The notes under the pieces were generated by a model, which did no database searches, was not told the origin of the DNA, and saw only the letters and a list, made by a program, of their open reading frames with translations. Positions 28,223-39,935 of a DNA stretch of 64,000 nt are shown here, piece after piece (positions within the stretch are counted from its first letter, which is position 1; every line of letters begins with the position of its first letter). The position numbers and the translations under genes are program-made. Source of the DNA: Candidatus Latescibacterota bacterium (GTDB taxonomy: Bacteria; Latescibacterota; UBA2968; UBA8231). Location: contig CBDCSU010000006.1 in the NCBI GenBank assembly GCA_965221775.1, positions 1,728,001 to 1,792,000 of the forward strand, given 5' to 3'.

Positions 28223-29049
28223 TCTCTCCCCCCTTCTCGGCTCGACTGGATTCCGTTGTGCCGGATCAGCAGCCGGGCCAGTTCGGGCATCGGCAGACCG
28301 ACCGCCTTCTGCCAGGCCCTGGCCCGGTGCTCCAGTGTCCCGGCAGCGGGCACGCGCCCCCCCGGCAGTCCATGGGCGACGTGGTTGCTGCGGCCGGGCA
28401 CCGGCAGGCCGAGGACGCGCTCGAAGGAGGCATGCAGGAGCTTCTGGACCCGGCCCTTCAGGTCCGTGTCGAATCCGTACCACAGGTTCGCGGAGAACAC
28501 GCCGCCGTCGGCCGTGGCCCGGCGGCAGGCGGGCAGGAAGTCGTCCTCCCGGACCACCGGCGCCATGCCCTGGCCCGTGTGCAGGTCCAGAAGGACAAGG
28601 TCGTAAGGCTCCCCGGTGTGCTCGAGGAGGAAGCGACGGCCGTCGGTGACGTGGATTTGCAGCCGGTCGTGGGACCGGGGGAGGGCGAAGAACCGCTGCG
28701 CCACCTCCACGATCCGCGGGCGCAGCTCCACCACCTCGACCCGGCAGCCGGGCAGGTGGCGCAGCAGGAACTTCACCAGGGAGCCGCCTCCCAGGCCCAG
28801 CATCAGGGCCCGCCCGGGCGGGGCTTCGCCCAGGATCAGGGCCGACATGAGGCAGCGCGTGTACTCCAGCGTCAGCTCCTCGGGGCGGTCCACGAACATC
28901 GTGCTCTGCCGCGCAGTGCTCCCGAACTGAAGGGAGAGCAGGCCCCCTTCCTCCTCCTCCACCACGTCGATGGGGCCGTGCTCGTCCTCATCGTGGAACA
29001 GAACCCGGCCGAGGTAGGGGAGCCGGCTCGAGGACCGCCAGAAGCGCAT
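28219..29049 (-). CDS. Spermidine synthase-like SAM-dependent transferase
   Basis: ARQSTM, LEYTRCLM, LGLGGGSL, VVEL, DGRRF, DLVLLDL. Confidence 0.82.
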   Translation of the reverse strand: MRFWRSSSRLPYLGRVLFHDEDEHGPIDVVEEEEGGLLSLQFGSTARQSTMFVDRPEELTLEYTRCLMSALILGEAPPGRALMLGLGGGSLVKFLLRHLPGCRVEVVELRPRIVEVAQRFFALPRSHDRLQIHVTDGRRFLLEHTGEPYDLVLLDLHTGQGMAPVVREDDFLPACRRATADGGVFSANLWYGFDTDLKGRVQKLLHASFERVLGLPVPGRSNHVAHGLPGGRVPAAGTLEHRARAWQKAVGLPMPELARLLIRHNGIQSSREGGRE

Positions 29050-29058
29050 GGTGCCCCG

Positions 29059-30030
29059 TCACTCCCGGAGGCGGCCCCACCGGGTGGCGATGAAGGCGTC
29101 GACGAAGATCTGACCGAGGTGGGAGGTGATGCAGGGGATGGCGAGCAGGCCCTTGAGCCCCGGAGCGATGGCCTCGTCCGGGATCAGGGCGAGGACGGTG
29201 AGGGCCACGGGCAGGGTCTTCTGGCTCGCCATCAGCACCACCGCCTTGCGCGTCGGCCCGTCGAACCGCAGCAGTCGCGCCGCGGCGTCGTTCATCGCCA
29301 GGTAGACGCCGTGAATGACCAGGCCCGCGAGAACCAGCATGAGGAGGCCGGCCAGGGCCACCGCCGCCAGGCGCTCGGAGGAGTCGGAGAACTTCATCCA
29401 CGGGATGCTGATCAGGGCCAGATTGCTCAGGGCGGTGATTCGCGCCCGGTTGGCGTCGGCCCACGACCCCAGGGGCCGGCGCAGCCAGCGGCCGACGGCC
29501 AGTGGCAGCAGGATCGAGAGGCACAGCTTCCCGAGCAGGTCCGTCGCCGACAGCTCCACCTCGCCCATGGCGCCGAGAACGGCGACGAGGACGAAGGGGA
29601 TGGTGAAGACGCCGACGAGGTTCGTGGTCACTGTCAGGAGCAGGGCCAGGGCCACGTTGCCGCGCGCCTGACTGGTCAGGGCGACCCCCGAGGAGAGGGT
29701 CGTCGGCATGCAGACGAAGAGGGCCAGGCCGATCTGGTAGGCGGGCTCCAGGGGCGTGCGGAAGGCGATCAGGGCGCCCACGGCGGGGGTCAGGAGAAGG
29801 ATGGAGAGGGAGCCCCAGGCGGTGGCCTTCCAGGCGCTCAGGGCGGCGCGGATCTCGTCGGTGCGCAGCAGCAGCCCGGCGCAGGCGAAGATGATGCTGA
29901 CCGCCACGTACTGGGTCGGCAGCCGGCCCATGGCCCTCCCCGGCTCGGGCCAGGCGAGGCCGACGACGGCGGCCAGCACCAGGCCGACGGGCAGCATCTG
30001 GCGCTGCAGAAACCCCGCGATATGGGTCAA
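29059..30030 (-). CDS. Bile acid:sodium symporter-like transporter (SBF/BASS)
   Basis: CMPTTLSSGVALT..GN, ASQKTLP, multiple TM segments; start uncertain (TTG 30030 or ATG 29997). Confidence 0.85.
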   Translation of the reverse strand: MTHIAGFLQRQMLPVGLVLAAVVGLAWPEPGRAMGRLPTQYVAVSIIFACAGLLLRTDEIRAALSAWKATAWGSLSILLLTPAVGALIAFRTPLEPAYQIGLALFVCMPTTLSSGVALTSQARGNVALALLLTVTTNLVGVFTIPFVLVAVLGAMGEVELSATDLLGKLCLSILLPLAVGRWLRRPLGSWADANRARITALSNLALISIPWMKFSDSSERLAAVALAGLLMLVLAGLVIHGVYLAMNDAAARLLRFDGPTRKAVVLMASQKTLPVALTVLALIPDEAIAPGLKGLLAIPCITSHLGQIFVDAFIATRWGRLRE

Positions 30031-30088
30031 GAGCGGGGGCTGCCGGGACCGCAGGGTGGCACCGCCCGCCGAGGGTGGGCGGAGGACA

Positions 30089-30643
30089 TCAGTTGCCCCG
30101 CAGGACGGACAGCTCCGGCTGCATGAAGCAGACCTCGTCGCACAGCAGGCAGCTGGCGACGTCCTTCTTGCACTCCAGGTGGTGCGCGGAGAGGGCGCCT
30201 CGGAAGACGGCCAGGAACTCGGTGGCGATGGGATCCTCGGAGAACAGGAAGCGGAGGAACCCAACCAGGTGCCCCCTGGCCTCGGAGCTGATCAGGTGCT
30301 CGACCTTGCAGGCGTCGATCTCGGCGTCGTCCTCGTCCATGCCGAGGGCGTCGGAGAGGAACTTCTTCACCACCATGCGCGTGGCTTCGGTCTCCCAGAC
30401 GACCCGCAGACCCTTGTCGGTCAGCTCGAGGAAGCGGTTGTGGTCTTCCTTGATATAGCCCCGTTCCTTCAGGTGCTTCATCGCCGAGGAGACGCTGCCC
30501 TTGGTGATCTTCAGGTGCTTGGCGATATCGGAGACGCGGGCGTAACCGTGCATCTGGCGCAGCTCGTGCACCGACATAAGGTGGTGAGCGGCCGAGTGGG
30601 TGAGCTCGTTCTCGTCGTAGTGCTTCCAGACGTCCTCGAACAT
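30089..30643 (-). CDS. DtxR/MntR family metal-dependent regulator with Cys-rich tail
   Basis: ARVSDIA.HL.ITKGSVS HTH, LTDKG, DACKVEH; SD GAGGAG. Confidence 0.88.
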   Translation of the reverse strand: MFEDVWKHYDENELTHSAAHHLMSVHELRQMHGYARVSDIAKHLKITKGSVSSAMKHLKERGYIKEDHNRFLELTDKGLRVVWETEATRMVVKKFLSDALGMDEDDAEIDACKVEHLISSEARGHLVGFLRFLFSEDPIATEFLAVFRGALSAHHLECKKDVASCLLCDEVCFMQPELSVLRGN

Positions 30644-30689
30644 GGGTCTTACTCCTCGCCTGCTGGCTTCGCCGGTGACCGGGCCGGGT

Positions 30690-31685
30690 TCAAGCCGCCA
30701 TCCGCGGTATGAGATCCACGCAGCGGTTGGCGTAGCCCCACTCGTTGTCGTACCACCCGAGCACCTTTACCAATGTAGCGCCGACGACGTTCGTCGACCC
30801 GGCGTCGAAGACGCAGGAGGCCGGGTTGCCGATGATGTCGGAGAGCACGAGGGGCTCCTCCGAGTACTCCAGAATGCCCCTGAGGTCGGTCTCGGCGGCC
30901 CGGGCGAAGGCCTGATTGACCTGCTCGCGCGTCACCTCAGCGGAGAGGTGGGCGGTGAAGTCCACGAGCGACCCGTCCGGCGTGGGCACGCGGATCGACA
31001 GGCCGTCGAGCTTTCCCTGCAGCTCGGGCAATACCTTGCCGACGGCCGCCGCAGCCCCCGTGGTCGTCGGGATCATATTCACAGCCGCCGAGCGAGCCCG
31101 CCTCAAATCCTCGTGCGGCAGGTCGAGGATGCGCTGGTCGTTGGTGTAGGAGTGGATGGTGTTCATCATCCCGTGCACGACGCCGAAGCTCTCGTGGAGG
31201 ACCTTGACCATGGGCGCCAGGCAGTTGGTCGTGCACGACGCGTTGGAGACGATGGCGTGTCCAGGCTGCAGGTCGTCCTCGTTGACGCCGATCACCACGG
31301 TCAGGTCCTCTTCCTTGGCCGGGGCCGAGATCAGCACCTTCCGGGCACCGGCGGACAGGTGGGCGGCGGCGGACCCGCGGCGGGTGAACAACCCCGTCGA
31401 CTCGACGACGATCTCCACGCCCACCCTCCCCCAGGGGAGGCTTGCCGGATCGCGCTCGGCGTAGACCGGGATCCGCTTCCCGCCGACCACCAGGTGCTGT
31501 CCATCGGTCGCCACCTCGCTGTCGAAGCGGCCGTGGGTGGAATCGTATTTGAGCAGGTGGGCCAGCGTGGCCGCGTCGGTCAGGTCGTTGATGCCACGCA
31601 CGTCGAGACCTGCCTTGCAGGCGGCGCGGAACACGAGTCTGCCGATCCGGCCGAAACCATTGATGCCGACCCGAATCTCTGCCAT
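30690..31685 (-). CDS. gap: Glyceraldehyde-3-phosphate dehydrogenase type I
   Basis: [26 protein letters not shown]; start MAEIRV. Confidence 0.97.
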   Translation of the reverse strand: MAEIRVGINGFGRIGRLVFRAACKAGLDVRGINDLTDAATLAHLLKYDSTHGRFDSEVATDGQHLVVGGKRIPVYAERDPASLPWGRVGVEIVVESTGLFTRRGSAAAHLSAGARKVLISAPAKEEDLTVVIGVNEDDLQPGHAIVSNASCTTNCLAPMVKVLHESFGVVHGMMNTIHSYTNDQRILDLPHEDLRRARSAAVNMIPTTTGAAAAVGKVLPELQGKLDGLSIRVPTPDGSLVDFTAHLSAEVTREQVNQAFARAAETDLRGILEYSEEPLVLSDIIGNPASCVFDAGSTNVVGATLVKVLGWYDNEWGYANRCVDLIPRMAA

Positions 31686-31938
31686 GGATTCCTTCTCGTC
31701 CCGGGAACGGTTTTCGCCGGTAGACCGCCAACGCTCCACCCTCGACCCTCGGGGCGTCTTTTCCAGGTCGAGAAGATTGGTGCTGGCGAGGCGGAAGACC
31801 GCCCGGGGAGAAGCGTCTTGGGCGGACGCCGGTGAATGGAGTGCGGCGGGAGCCGCGGGTCTTCCGTTTGCCGTCAATTCGCGGCGTCAATTAGGGTAAG
31901 CAACCATCTCCGTACCGGCAAGGCAGCCCGAGGCCAAC

Positions 31939-31967
31939 TTGCCGTTCAGTACCCGGCCCACTATCGT
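31939..31967 (+). promoter_or_regulatory. Putative sigma70 promoter for the dioxygenase/Ldh pair
   Basis: TTGCCG-17 bp-TATCGT, 14 bp before the GTG start. Confidence 0.4.
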
Positions 31968-31981
31968 AAGTCGTTTCCCTC

Positions 31982-32800
31982 GTGACCGACCTTCTCACGC
32001 AAAATCACGTCGCCCGATTCCGCCGCGACGGGTGGTGCCTGGTGAGCCCCTTCTTCGACGCTCGCGAGGTTCGGGCCCTGGCGGCGGAGGTGGCGCGCTT
32101 CCGCCGCCAAGGGCTGCTGCGCAACGTCCGCACCGACGGCGACGGGCAGACCCATTCCGAGTCGCGCGCCAACCTGCAACTGATCCCCCTCTACGACAAG
32201 AGCGACCTGATCCGGGCCCTTCCCTTCGCGCCCAAGGTCGCCGCCACCGTGAGCCGCCTGATCGGTGATCCCTTCCTCCTCCACCTGGACCAGCTGTTCC
32301 TCAAGCCGGGCCGCACCGGCACCGGGACCCACTGGCATCAGGACAACGCCTACTTCAAGATCGACGATCCGCTCAAGGGGACGGCCATGTGGGTCGCCGT
32401 GCACGACGCCACCCTGGCCAACGGGACCCTGCGCCTGATTCCGGGTAGCCACCGGCACAGCTATGCCCACGAGCGCGACCCGTACTCCGACCACCACATC
32501 CACTGCTCCCCTCCGGAGAACGAGGCCGTGGCCGTGGAAGTTGCTGCGGGGGGCGCCGTGTTCTTCTGCTACGGCATGGCCCACAGCACCGGCGACAACG
32601 CCACCGACGAGGAGCGCGCCGGCATGGCCTTTCACTTCCTCCACGGCGACTACGCCAGCGCCGACCTGGTCGAGGCCGGGCGCGCCCACCGCCCGTGGAT
32701 CACCGGCCCGGAGGCCACCGGCGGCCTCCGGGAATACGGCGTCGATCTCGGCAGCCGCGCCTTCGAGGACGAGGTCGGCAAGCTGGAAGCCGCCGCCTGA
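31982..32800 (+). CDS. Phytanoyl-CoA dioxygenase family Fe(II)/2OG oxygenase
   Basis: WHQDNAY, ANGTLRLIPGSH, AHSTGDN..R. Confidence 0.9.
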   Translation: MTDLLTQNHVARFRRDGWCLVSPFFDAREVRALAAEVARFRRQGLLRNVRTDGDGQTHSESRANLQLIPLYDKSDLIRALPFAPKVAATVSRLIGDPFLLHLDQLFLKPGRTGTGTHWHQDNAYFKIDDPLKGTAMWVAVHDATLANGTLRLIPGSHRHSYAHERDPYSDHHIHCSPPENEAVAVEVAAGGAVFFCYGMAHSTGDNATDEERAGMAFHFLHGDYASADLVEAGRAHRPWITGPEATGGLREYGVDLGSRAFEDEVGKLEAAA

Positions 32801-32803
32801 TTC

Positions 32804-33880
32804 ATGCGCCGCTTCCCGCCCGAATCCCTGACCCGCATCGCACGCTCCCTCTTCGAGGCCTCGGGCTGCTCCGCCGAAGATGCCGCCACCGTGGCCGACC
32901 ACCTGGTCGAGTCGAGCCTCTTCGGCCACGACTCGCACGGGACCATCCGCATCTACGAATACGTCGACCAGATGGCCGACGGCACCTTCGAACCCGCCGG
33001 ACGGCCAACGGTGGTCCGTGAGCGCGGGGCCATGGCCGTCCTCGACGGCGGCGGCGCCCTCGGCCAGGTGGCAGGCCGCCACGCCGTCGACAAGGCCGTC
33101 GAGCTGGCCCGAGCCCAAGGAATCGGCAGCGTCGGCCTGCGCAACTGCTCCCATCTCGGGCGGATCGGGGCCTACACCCTGGCCGTCGCCCGCCAGGGGC
33201 TGGTCGGCATGGCCTGGGTCAACGCCGGGCGCCTCGGCCGCCAGATCCCGCCCTACGGCGGCATCGACGGGAAACTGTCCACCAACCCGGTCTCCTTCGC
33301 CGCCCCTCGTCGCGGCGCCGACCCGATCCTCGTCGACATGACCACCTCGGTCGTCGCCGAGGGCAAGATCCGCCTCGCCCACAACCAGGGCGTCCGGGTC
33401 CCCGAGGGCTGGATCACCGACGCCGAGGGCCGTCCCACCACCGACCCCGCCGACTTCGTCGGACCGCCCCAGGGCGCCATCCTGCCCATGGGCGGGGTGG
33501 TCGCCTACAAGGGCTACTGCCTGAGCATGATGGTGGAGATCCTGGGAGGCCTGCTGTCCGGCGAGGGCTGCGCCGCGGGCGAGGTGGAGATGAGGAGCAA
33601 CGGCCTCATGCTGATCGTGTGGGACTCCGCCTTCTTCTGCGAGGACGAGCACTACGACCGCGAGGTGGAGGCCTTGGTGGCCCACGTGACCTCGAGCCGG
33701 GTCGACCCAAGGGTTGGGAGTATTCAGCTGCCCGGCTCGCCCGAGTTCACCACCGCCGCCGAGCGCCGCCGGACCGGCATCGCCATCGACGACACCACCT
33801 GGAGCCGCATCTGCGACCGGGCCCGGCGCCTCGGGCTTGATCCCGGCCCTTGGGAAGGGGAGGTCTGCCGGGAGGGTTGA
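32804..33880 (+). CDS. Ldh_2 (malate/L-lactate/sulfolactate dehydrogenase) family oxidoreductase
   Basis: GHDSHG, SHLGRIG, STNP, DMTTS, YKGYCL. Confidence 0.9.
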   Translation: MRRFPPESLTRIARSLFEASGCSAEDAATVADHLVESSLFGHDSHGTIRIYEYVDQMADGTFEPAGRPTVVRERGAMAVLDGGGALGQVAGRHAVDKAVELARAQGIGSVGLRNCSHLGRIGAYTLAVARQGLVGMAWVNAGRLGRQIPPYGGIDGKLSTNPVSFAAPRRGADPILVDMTTSVVAEGKIRLAHNQGVRVPEGWITDAEGRPTTDPADFVGPPQGAILPMGGVVAYKGYCLSMMVEILGGLLSGEGCAAGEVEMRSNGLMLIVWDSAFFCEDEHYDREVEALVAHVTSSRVDPRVGSIQLPGSPEFTTAAERRRTGIAIDDTTWSRICDRARRLGLDPGPWEGEVCREG

Positions 33881-33993
33881 GCGGGCCCGTCCGCCGTGTC
33901 GTGGCTGCGGCTGGTCTCGACCACGCGCTTGAGCAGCCCCGCCGGCTTCGCGGGCTTGCCGCGCAAATCCGGGGATGGCGCACGGGAGCCCTT

Positions 33994-34380
33994 CTACTGA
34001 AGGCCGCGCTGTTCCAGCCGGAAGATGCGCTGCTCCAAGTCTCCGATCAGGGCCTTGCTGCCCCACAACGACCGGTGATGCGGCAGCCGGCAGCTCCGGA
34101 TCCCCTGGTGGCGTTCGAGGGACCGGAGGCTCCGGTCCAGCGAGCGGATGGCCGTCTGCGCGTCCGGTGACAGCAGCCGGGGACGGAGGGTTCGGATCTC
34201 CGGCCGGCCGGTGCTCTCGCACAGCCGGCGCAGCCGGGTCGCCAGCTGCTCCACCCGCTCGCCTTCCCTGGTGGCGCCCCGAGCCCACACGACGACCGCC
34301 GCCGGGAGGATGACGGCAACGGCGGCGAGCGGGAGAAAGGCGATCACGGGAAGCAGCTGATGAAGAGCATCCTCTGACAT
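33994..34380 (-). CDS. Hypothetical membrane-anchored protein
   Basis: MSEDALH start, one hydrophobic helix, then a basic helical region. Confidence 0.45.
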   Translation of the reverse strand: MSEDALHQLLPVIAFLPLAAVAVILPAAVVVWARGATREGERVEQLATRLRRLCESTGRPEIRTLRPRLLSPDAQTAIRSLDRSLRSLERHQGIRSCRLPHHRSLWGSKALIGDLEQRIFRLEQRGLQ

Positions 34381-34417
34381 AGCCATCGCACGGTCTGCAC
34401 AACGGGTGACCGACTGG

Positions 34418-35347
34418 TCAGGGCGTCGGCTCGGGGTCCGGGGGCGGCACAAGCCTCCGTGACGGCATCGCAGGGTACACCACCGGCAAGTCCCAGTCCA
34501 GCCGGCGCTCGAGGTCGGACCCCAGGCCTTCGATGACGAGGGAGACCCGCCGGCTGTCGCCGGTGAGGATCGGGGTCCGGCGGTCGGCCCGCCGGTTGGG
34601 GAAGTACACCCGATAGACGGCCGTCTTCTCGAGGTGGTCGTGACCGGGGCGGTCGAACTCGTACGGATAGGCCCCGGCCGTCCCGCTCGGCGCGTAACGG
34701 CCCCCCGCTTCGTCGATGAGGAAGGTGCGCTCGCCGATGTCGGCGATGTAGGGGTGCGCCCCCGACTCCTCTCCGTCGATGTAGATGGTGAAGACCAGGC
34801 GGCTGTAGAGGCCGTACCCCCAGCGCTCGTCGTAGACCGGTCGGAGCAGGGGATACTTGCTGTCGTAGAGGATGCCGAGGAGGCGGCGCACGTACTGCCC
34901 CCGCCAGGTGTCGAACTGCGCCTTCTGCAGCGGATTGGTGACGTCGAAGTCGGGGTTGACGTAGACCAGGTACTGGAGGTACAGGCTGTTGACGTCGGTG
35001 CCGTCCTCCGTGGGATAGGGCGCGTCGATGTAGGCGTAGACGAACTCCCGCAGCCGGCTGGTGACCTGCTCCTGCCCGAGGCCGGCGGTCTCGGCCTCGG
35101 CATAGATGCGGGCGGTCTCGTAGGCGAAGGTGCGAAAGGTAGCCTGAACGAAGATCCCGTCGGCGCCGGTGTGGCTGCGGTTGACGAGGCGCCAGACGCG
35201 GTCCTCGGTCTGCTCGAAGGGCCCCGGGCCGTCCTGAGGAGCACAGGAGGCCAGCAGGAGAGATCCAAGGACGGAGAGGGGGACCTTCACGAGTACCGAG
35301 GCCTGTCCGGAGCACCTGAACCCGGACCGCGGCAGGGGCGATGCCAC
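34418..35347 (-). CDS. Hypothetical lipoprotein
   Basis: Lipobox-like LLLASC; typical codon usage; true start may be a downstream GTG. Confidence 0.65.
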   Translation of the reverse strand: MASPLPRSGFRCSGQASVLVKVPLSVLGSLLLASCAPQDGPGPFEQTEDRVWRLVNRSHTGADGIFVQATFRTFAYETARIYAEAETAGLGQEQVTSRLREFVYAYIDAPYPTEDGTDVNSLYLQYLVYVNPDFDVTNPLQKAQFDTWRGQYVRRLLGILYDSKYPLLRPVYDERWGYGLYSRLVFTIYIDGEESGAHPYIADIGERTFLIDEAGGRYAPSGTAGAYPYEFDRPGHDHLEKTAVYRVYFPNRRADRRTPILTGDSRRVSLVIEGLGSDLERRLDWDLPVVYPAMPSRRLVPPPDPEPTP

Positions 35348-35367
35348 CGGGGGGCGTCCTCTCGGCG

Positions 35368-35811
35368 CTACTCCTTCACGACCCAGAGCTTGACGGTGGC
35401 CTTCACCCCGGTGTGAAGCTGAACCGGCACGCTGTAAACACCCAGGGCGCGGATCGGCTCCTCCAGCTCGATGTCTCGACGATCGACGTCGTGTCCCTGC
35501 TCTTTGAGCAGATCGGAGATGTTCTGGGCCGTCACCGATCCGAACAGGCGATCTCCCTCGCCGACCTTGACCTGGGCCGTGAGCGACGCCTTCTCCAACT
35601 CCACGGCCACGTCCTCGGCGGCCCGTTTCTCGCGCTCGGCGGCGGCCTCGTGCTGCCGGCGCCGGGACTCGAAGAGGGCCACGTTGGCGTCGGTTGCCAG
35701 CAGGGCCTGCCGCTTGGGGATCAGGGCATTGCGTCCATAGCCGTCGGCCACGGTCACGATCTGGCCGGCGGTCCCAAGGGTGTCCACGTCTCTGAGCAGT
35801 ATGACCTTCAC
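35368..35811 (-). CDS. rplI: 50S ribosomal protein L9
   Basis: MKVILL.DV..LG..G..V.VADGYGRN, LFGSVT, PIRALG; GTG start overlaps the upstream stop. Confidence 0.96.
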   Translation of the reverse strand: MKVILLRDVDTLGTAGQIVTVADGYGRNALIPKRQALLATDANVALFESRRRQHEAAAEREKRAAEDVAVELEKASLTAQVKVGEGDRLFGSVTAQNISDLLKEQGHDVDRRDIELEEPIRALGVYSVPVQLHTGVKATVKLWVVKE

Positions 35812-36650
35812 TTGTCCATCTCCTGATCGGATTCGCGTTCGCGCCGGTGTCCGATCCGGCGCCAGTCGAACCAGTTGTCCGCCAGTCCCGAGAACGCCAG
35901 GGCCATCACCGAGAAACTGGAGGTGAAGGCCAGCAGCGCGTACACCAGGACGACGAGGAAGCGCTGGGCGCCCAGGCGCCACAGCAGGTGCCGGACCAGC
36001 CCCAGGCCCTGGGCCGCATACAGCAGCATCATGACCAGCGCGGCGTTGACAGCCAGCCCGCGAAAGGTCTCGCCGCCGATCAGCAGCAGGGCCAGGGCGC
36101 CGATCGCGACCCAGATCAACTCCTCCCACATCCGCCAATGGCGCAGGGGCACGGCCGGCGGCAGGGTGGTGCCCACCCATGGGCAGGCCGCCTGGGCGAG
36201 GCGGTAGCCGCAGACGGCGATCAGCAGGATGGAGAGATAGGCGACCCCGGGCAGCAAGACCAGGACCATCTCCACCAACTGCTGAAGCATCTCCGGGTCC
36301 CCCAGTTGGGCCTCGGCAGCGCTTCCCTCCAGGAAGCGGGTCACTTCGGACGCCACTTGCTCACGCTGGCCGTCCACCCCGAGAAAGCCGCCCGCCTGGG
36401 CCAGGCCCAGGACCAGGCCCGGCAGGGAAGCGAAGGCGATGATCTGGCCGTAGCCCCGGCCCCTCTCGACCTGCACCGCTGCCAGCCAGCCGATCAGCGG
36501 CGCCGGCGCCAGCCCCATCGCCCAGTGAAAGGCCCCGCTGAAGGACAACAGGATGGGCAGGCAGGCGGGCAGGGCCAAGCTGCGCACGCCGAACCGGCGC
36601 GCGCCGAGAAGGGTTGCCGCCACGAGGACCAGACTGGCCAACAGGGACAA
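35808..36650 (-). CDS. DUF2232 (YybS) membrane protein
   Basis: Multi-TM; QGL, G..DNWFDWR C-terminal motif; canonical position before rplI. Confidence 0.85.
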   Translation of the reverse strand: MSLLASLVLVAATLLGARRFGVRSLALPACLPILLSFSGAFHWAMGLAPAPLIGWLAAVQVERGRGYGQIIAFASLPGLVLGLAQAGGFLGVDGQREQVASEVTRFLEGSAAEAQLGDPEMLQQLVEMVLVLLPGVAYLSILLIAVCGYRLAQAACPWVGTTLPPAVPLRHWRMWEELIWVAIGALALLLIGGETFRGLAVNAALVMMLLYAAQGLGLVRHLLWRLGAQRFLVVLVYALLAFTSSFSVMALAFSGLADNWFDWRRIGHRRERESDQEMDK

Positions 36651-36691
36651 GGTTCAGTTCCCCGTGCCGGGCAGCGGTCGCCGACGCCGTC

Positions 36692-37216
36692 TCAGGCGGC
36701 CTCCTCTCCTCCGTCCTCTCCCCTGGCCGGGCGGTCCGGGGTGGCCACCCCGGCGACTTCGGCGCCCTCGGCCGGCCCACGACCGTCCCGGTCGGGACGG
36801 GGGGGGCCGTCCTCGCGGCGGTCCCGGTCACGCCGGGGCCCGCGGCGGTCCCGGCCGCGATCGGGAGACTGGTAGATGTAGACGTTCTCCGGCGCCAGTT
36901 GCGGCACGCTCAGGAACTCGCCCGGAACGGCGACTACCAGGTGGCGGAGCACGGACTCGTCCAGCTTGAGGTCCTCCTCCACCGGACCGAGTCGCTCACT
37001 GTCGGCCGAGAACTGGTAGAGGACGTAGAAGCCCTGTTGCCGCTGCCGCAGGGCGATCGACGTGTAGGCCAGCTTGCGCAGGCCCCACTTGACGACCTGC
37101 TCCACCTCGGCGCCGGCCGCCTCCAGCCGCTTCTTGTAGTTCTCGACGGCGGTCTCCAGCTGGGTGTCGCCGGCTTGGGGATCGAGTATGAGGACCAGCT
37201 CGTACTTCTTTGCCAT
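36692..37216 (-). CDS. rpsF: 30S ribosomal protein S6 with long charged C-terminal tail
   Basis: KYELVLILDP, WGLRKLAY, GFY, DESVLRHLVV. Confidence 0.94.
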   Translation of the reverse strand: MAKKYELVLILDPQAGDTQLETAVENYKKRLEAAGAEVEQVVKWGLRKLAYTSIALRQRQQGFYVLYQFSADSERLGPVEEDLKLDESVLRHLVVAVPGEFLSVPQLAPENVYIYQSPDRGRDRRGPRRDRDRREDGPPRPDRDGRGPAEGAEVAGVATPDRPARGEDGGEEAA

Positions 37217-37240
37217 ACGCTTGTCTGCCTCGCTTCGGGA

Positions 37241-39301
<2,061 letters not shown>

Positions 39302-39305
39302 GAGC

Positions 39306-39917
39306 CTACCTATCCTCCTCGTCCTTTTTTGATGCGACGGACGGTGGAGCCGTCCGCTCCAGTGCCGGGTATCCGTTGAAGCGATTCATGGCCGCCTCGA
39401 TGCCCTCCGCCGCCCAGCAGCGCGCCGCCGCGCAGCCTCGCTCGACCAGTCCCGCCACCTCTTCGCCAGGTGCGAAGGGGGCCAGCACGAAGTCGATGTC
39501 GCTCTCACCCGGCGGCACCGGCCCGACGCCCAGTCGCAGCCGGGGAACCCGGTCGGTCTGCAGGACCTCCAGCACCGACGCCAGCCCGTTGTGGCCGCCG
39601 TCGGAGCCTCCCCGCCGGAGCCGCAGGCGGCCGAAGTCGAGGAGGAAGTCGTCGAGGACCACCAGGATCTCCTCCGGCGCGAGCCCTCCGCGCTCCCACA
39701 GGACCCGAACCGCCTCGCCGCTGCGGTTCATGAAACTCTGAGGCCTGACGAGCAGCACCTCTTCGCCGGCAATCCGTACCCGGGCGGTCTCGGCGGCCTC
39801 CTCCCTCACCCACGTGCCCCTGCCACCCAGGAGAGCCTGGGCCACACGAAAGCCGATGTTGTGCCGGGTGCCGGCATACCTTGGGCCGGGATTGCCCAGC
39901 CCGACGAGGACGGGCAT
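39306..39917 (-). CDS. pth: Peptidyl-tRNA hydrolase
   Basis: [31 protein letters not shown]. Confidence 0.96.
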   Translation of the reverse strand: MPVLVGLGNPGPRYAGTRHNIGFRVAQALLGGRGTWVREEAAETARVRIAGEEVLLVRPQSFMNRSGEAVRVLWERGGLAPEEILVVLDDFLLDFGRLRLRRGGSDGGHNGLASVLEVLQTDRVPRLRLGVGPVPPGESDIDFVLAPFAPGEEVAGLVERGCAAARCWAAEGIEAAMNRFNGYPALERTAPPSVASKKDEEDR

Positions 39918-39935
39918 CGGTGCGGTCGACGGGGC

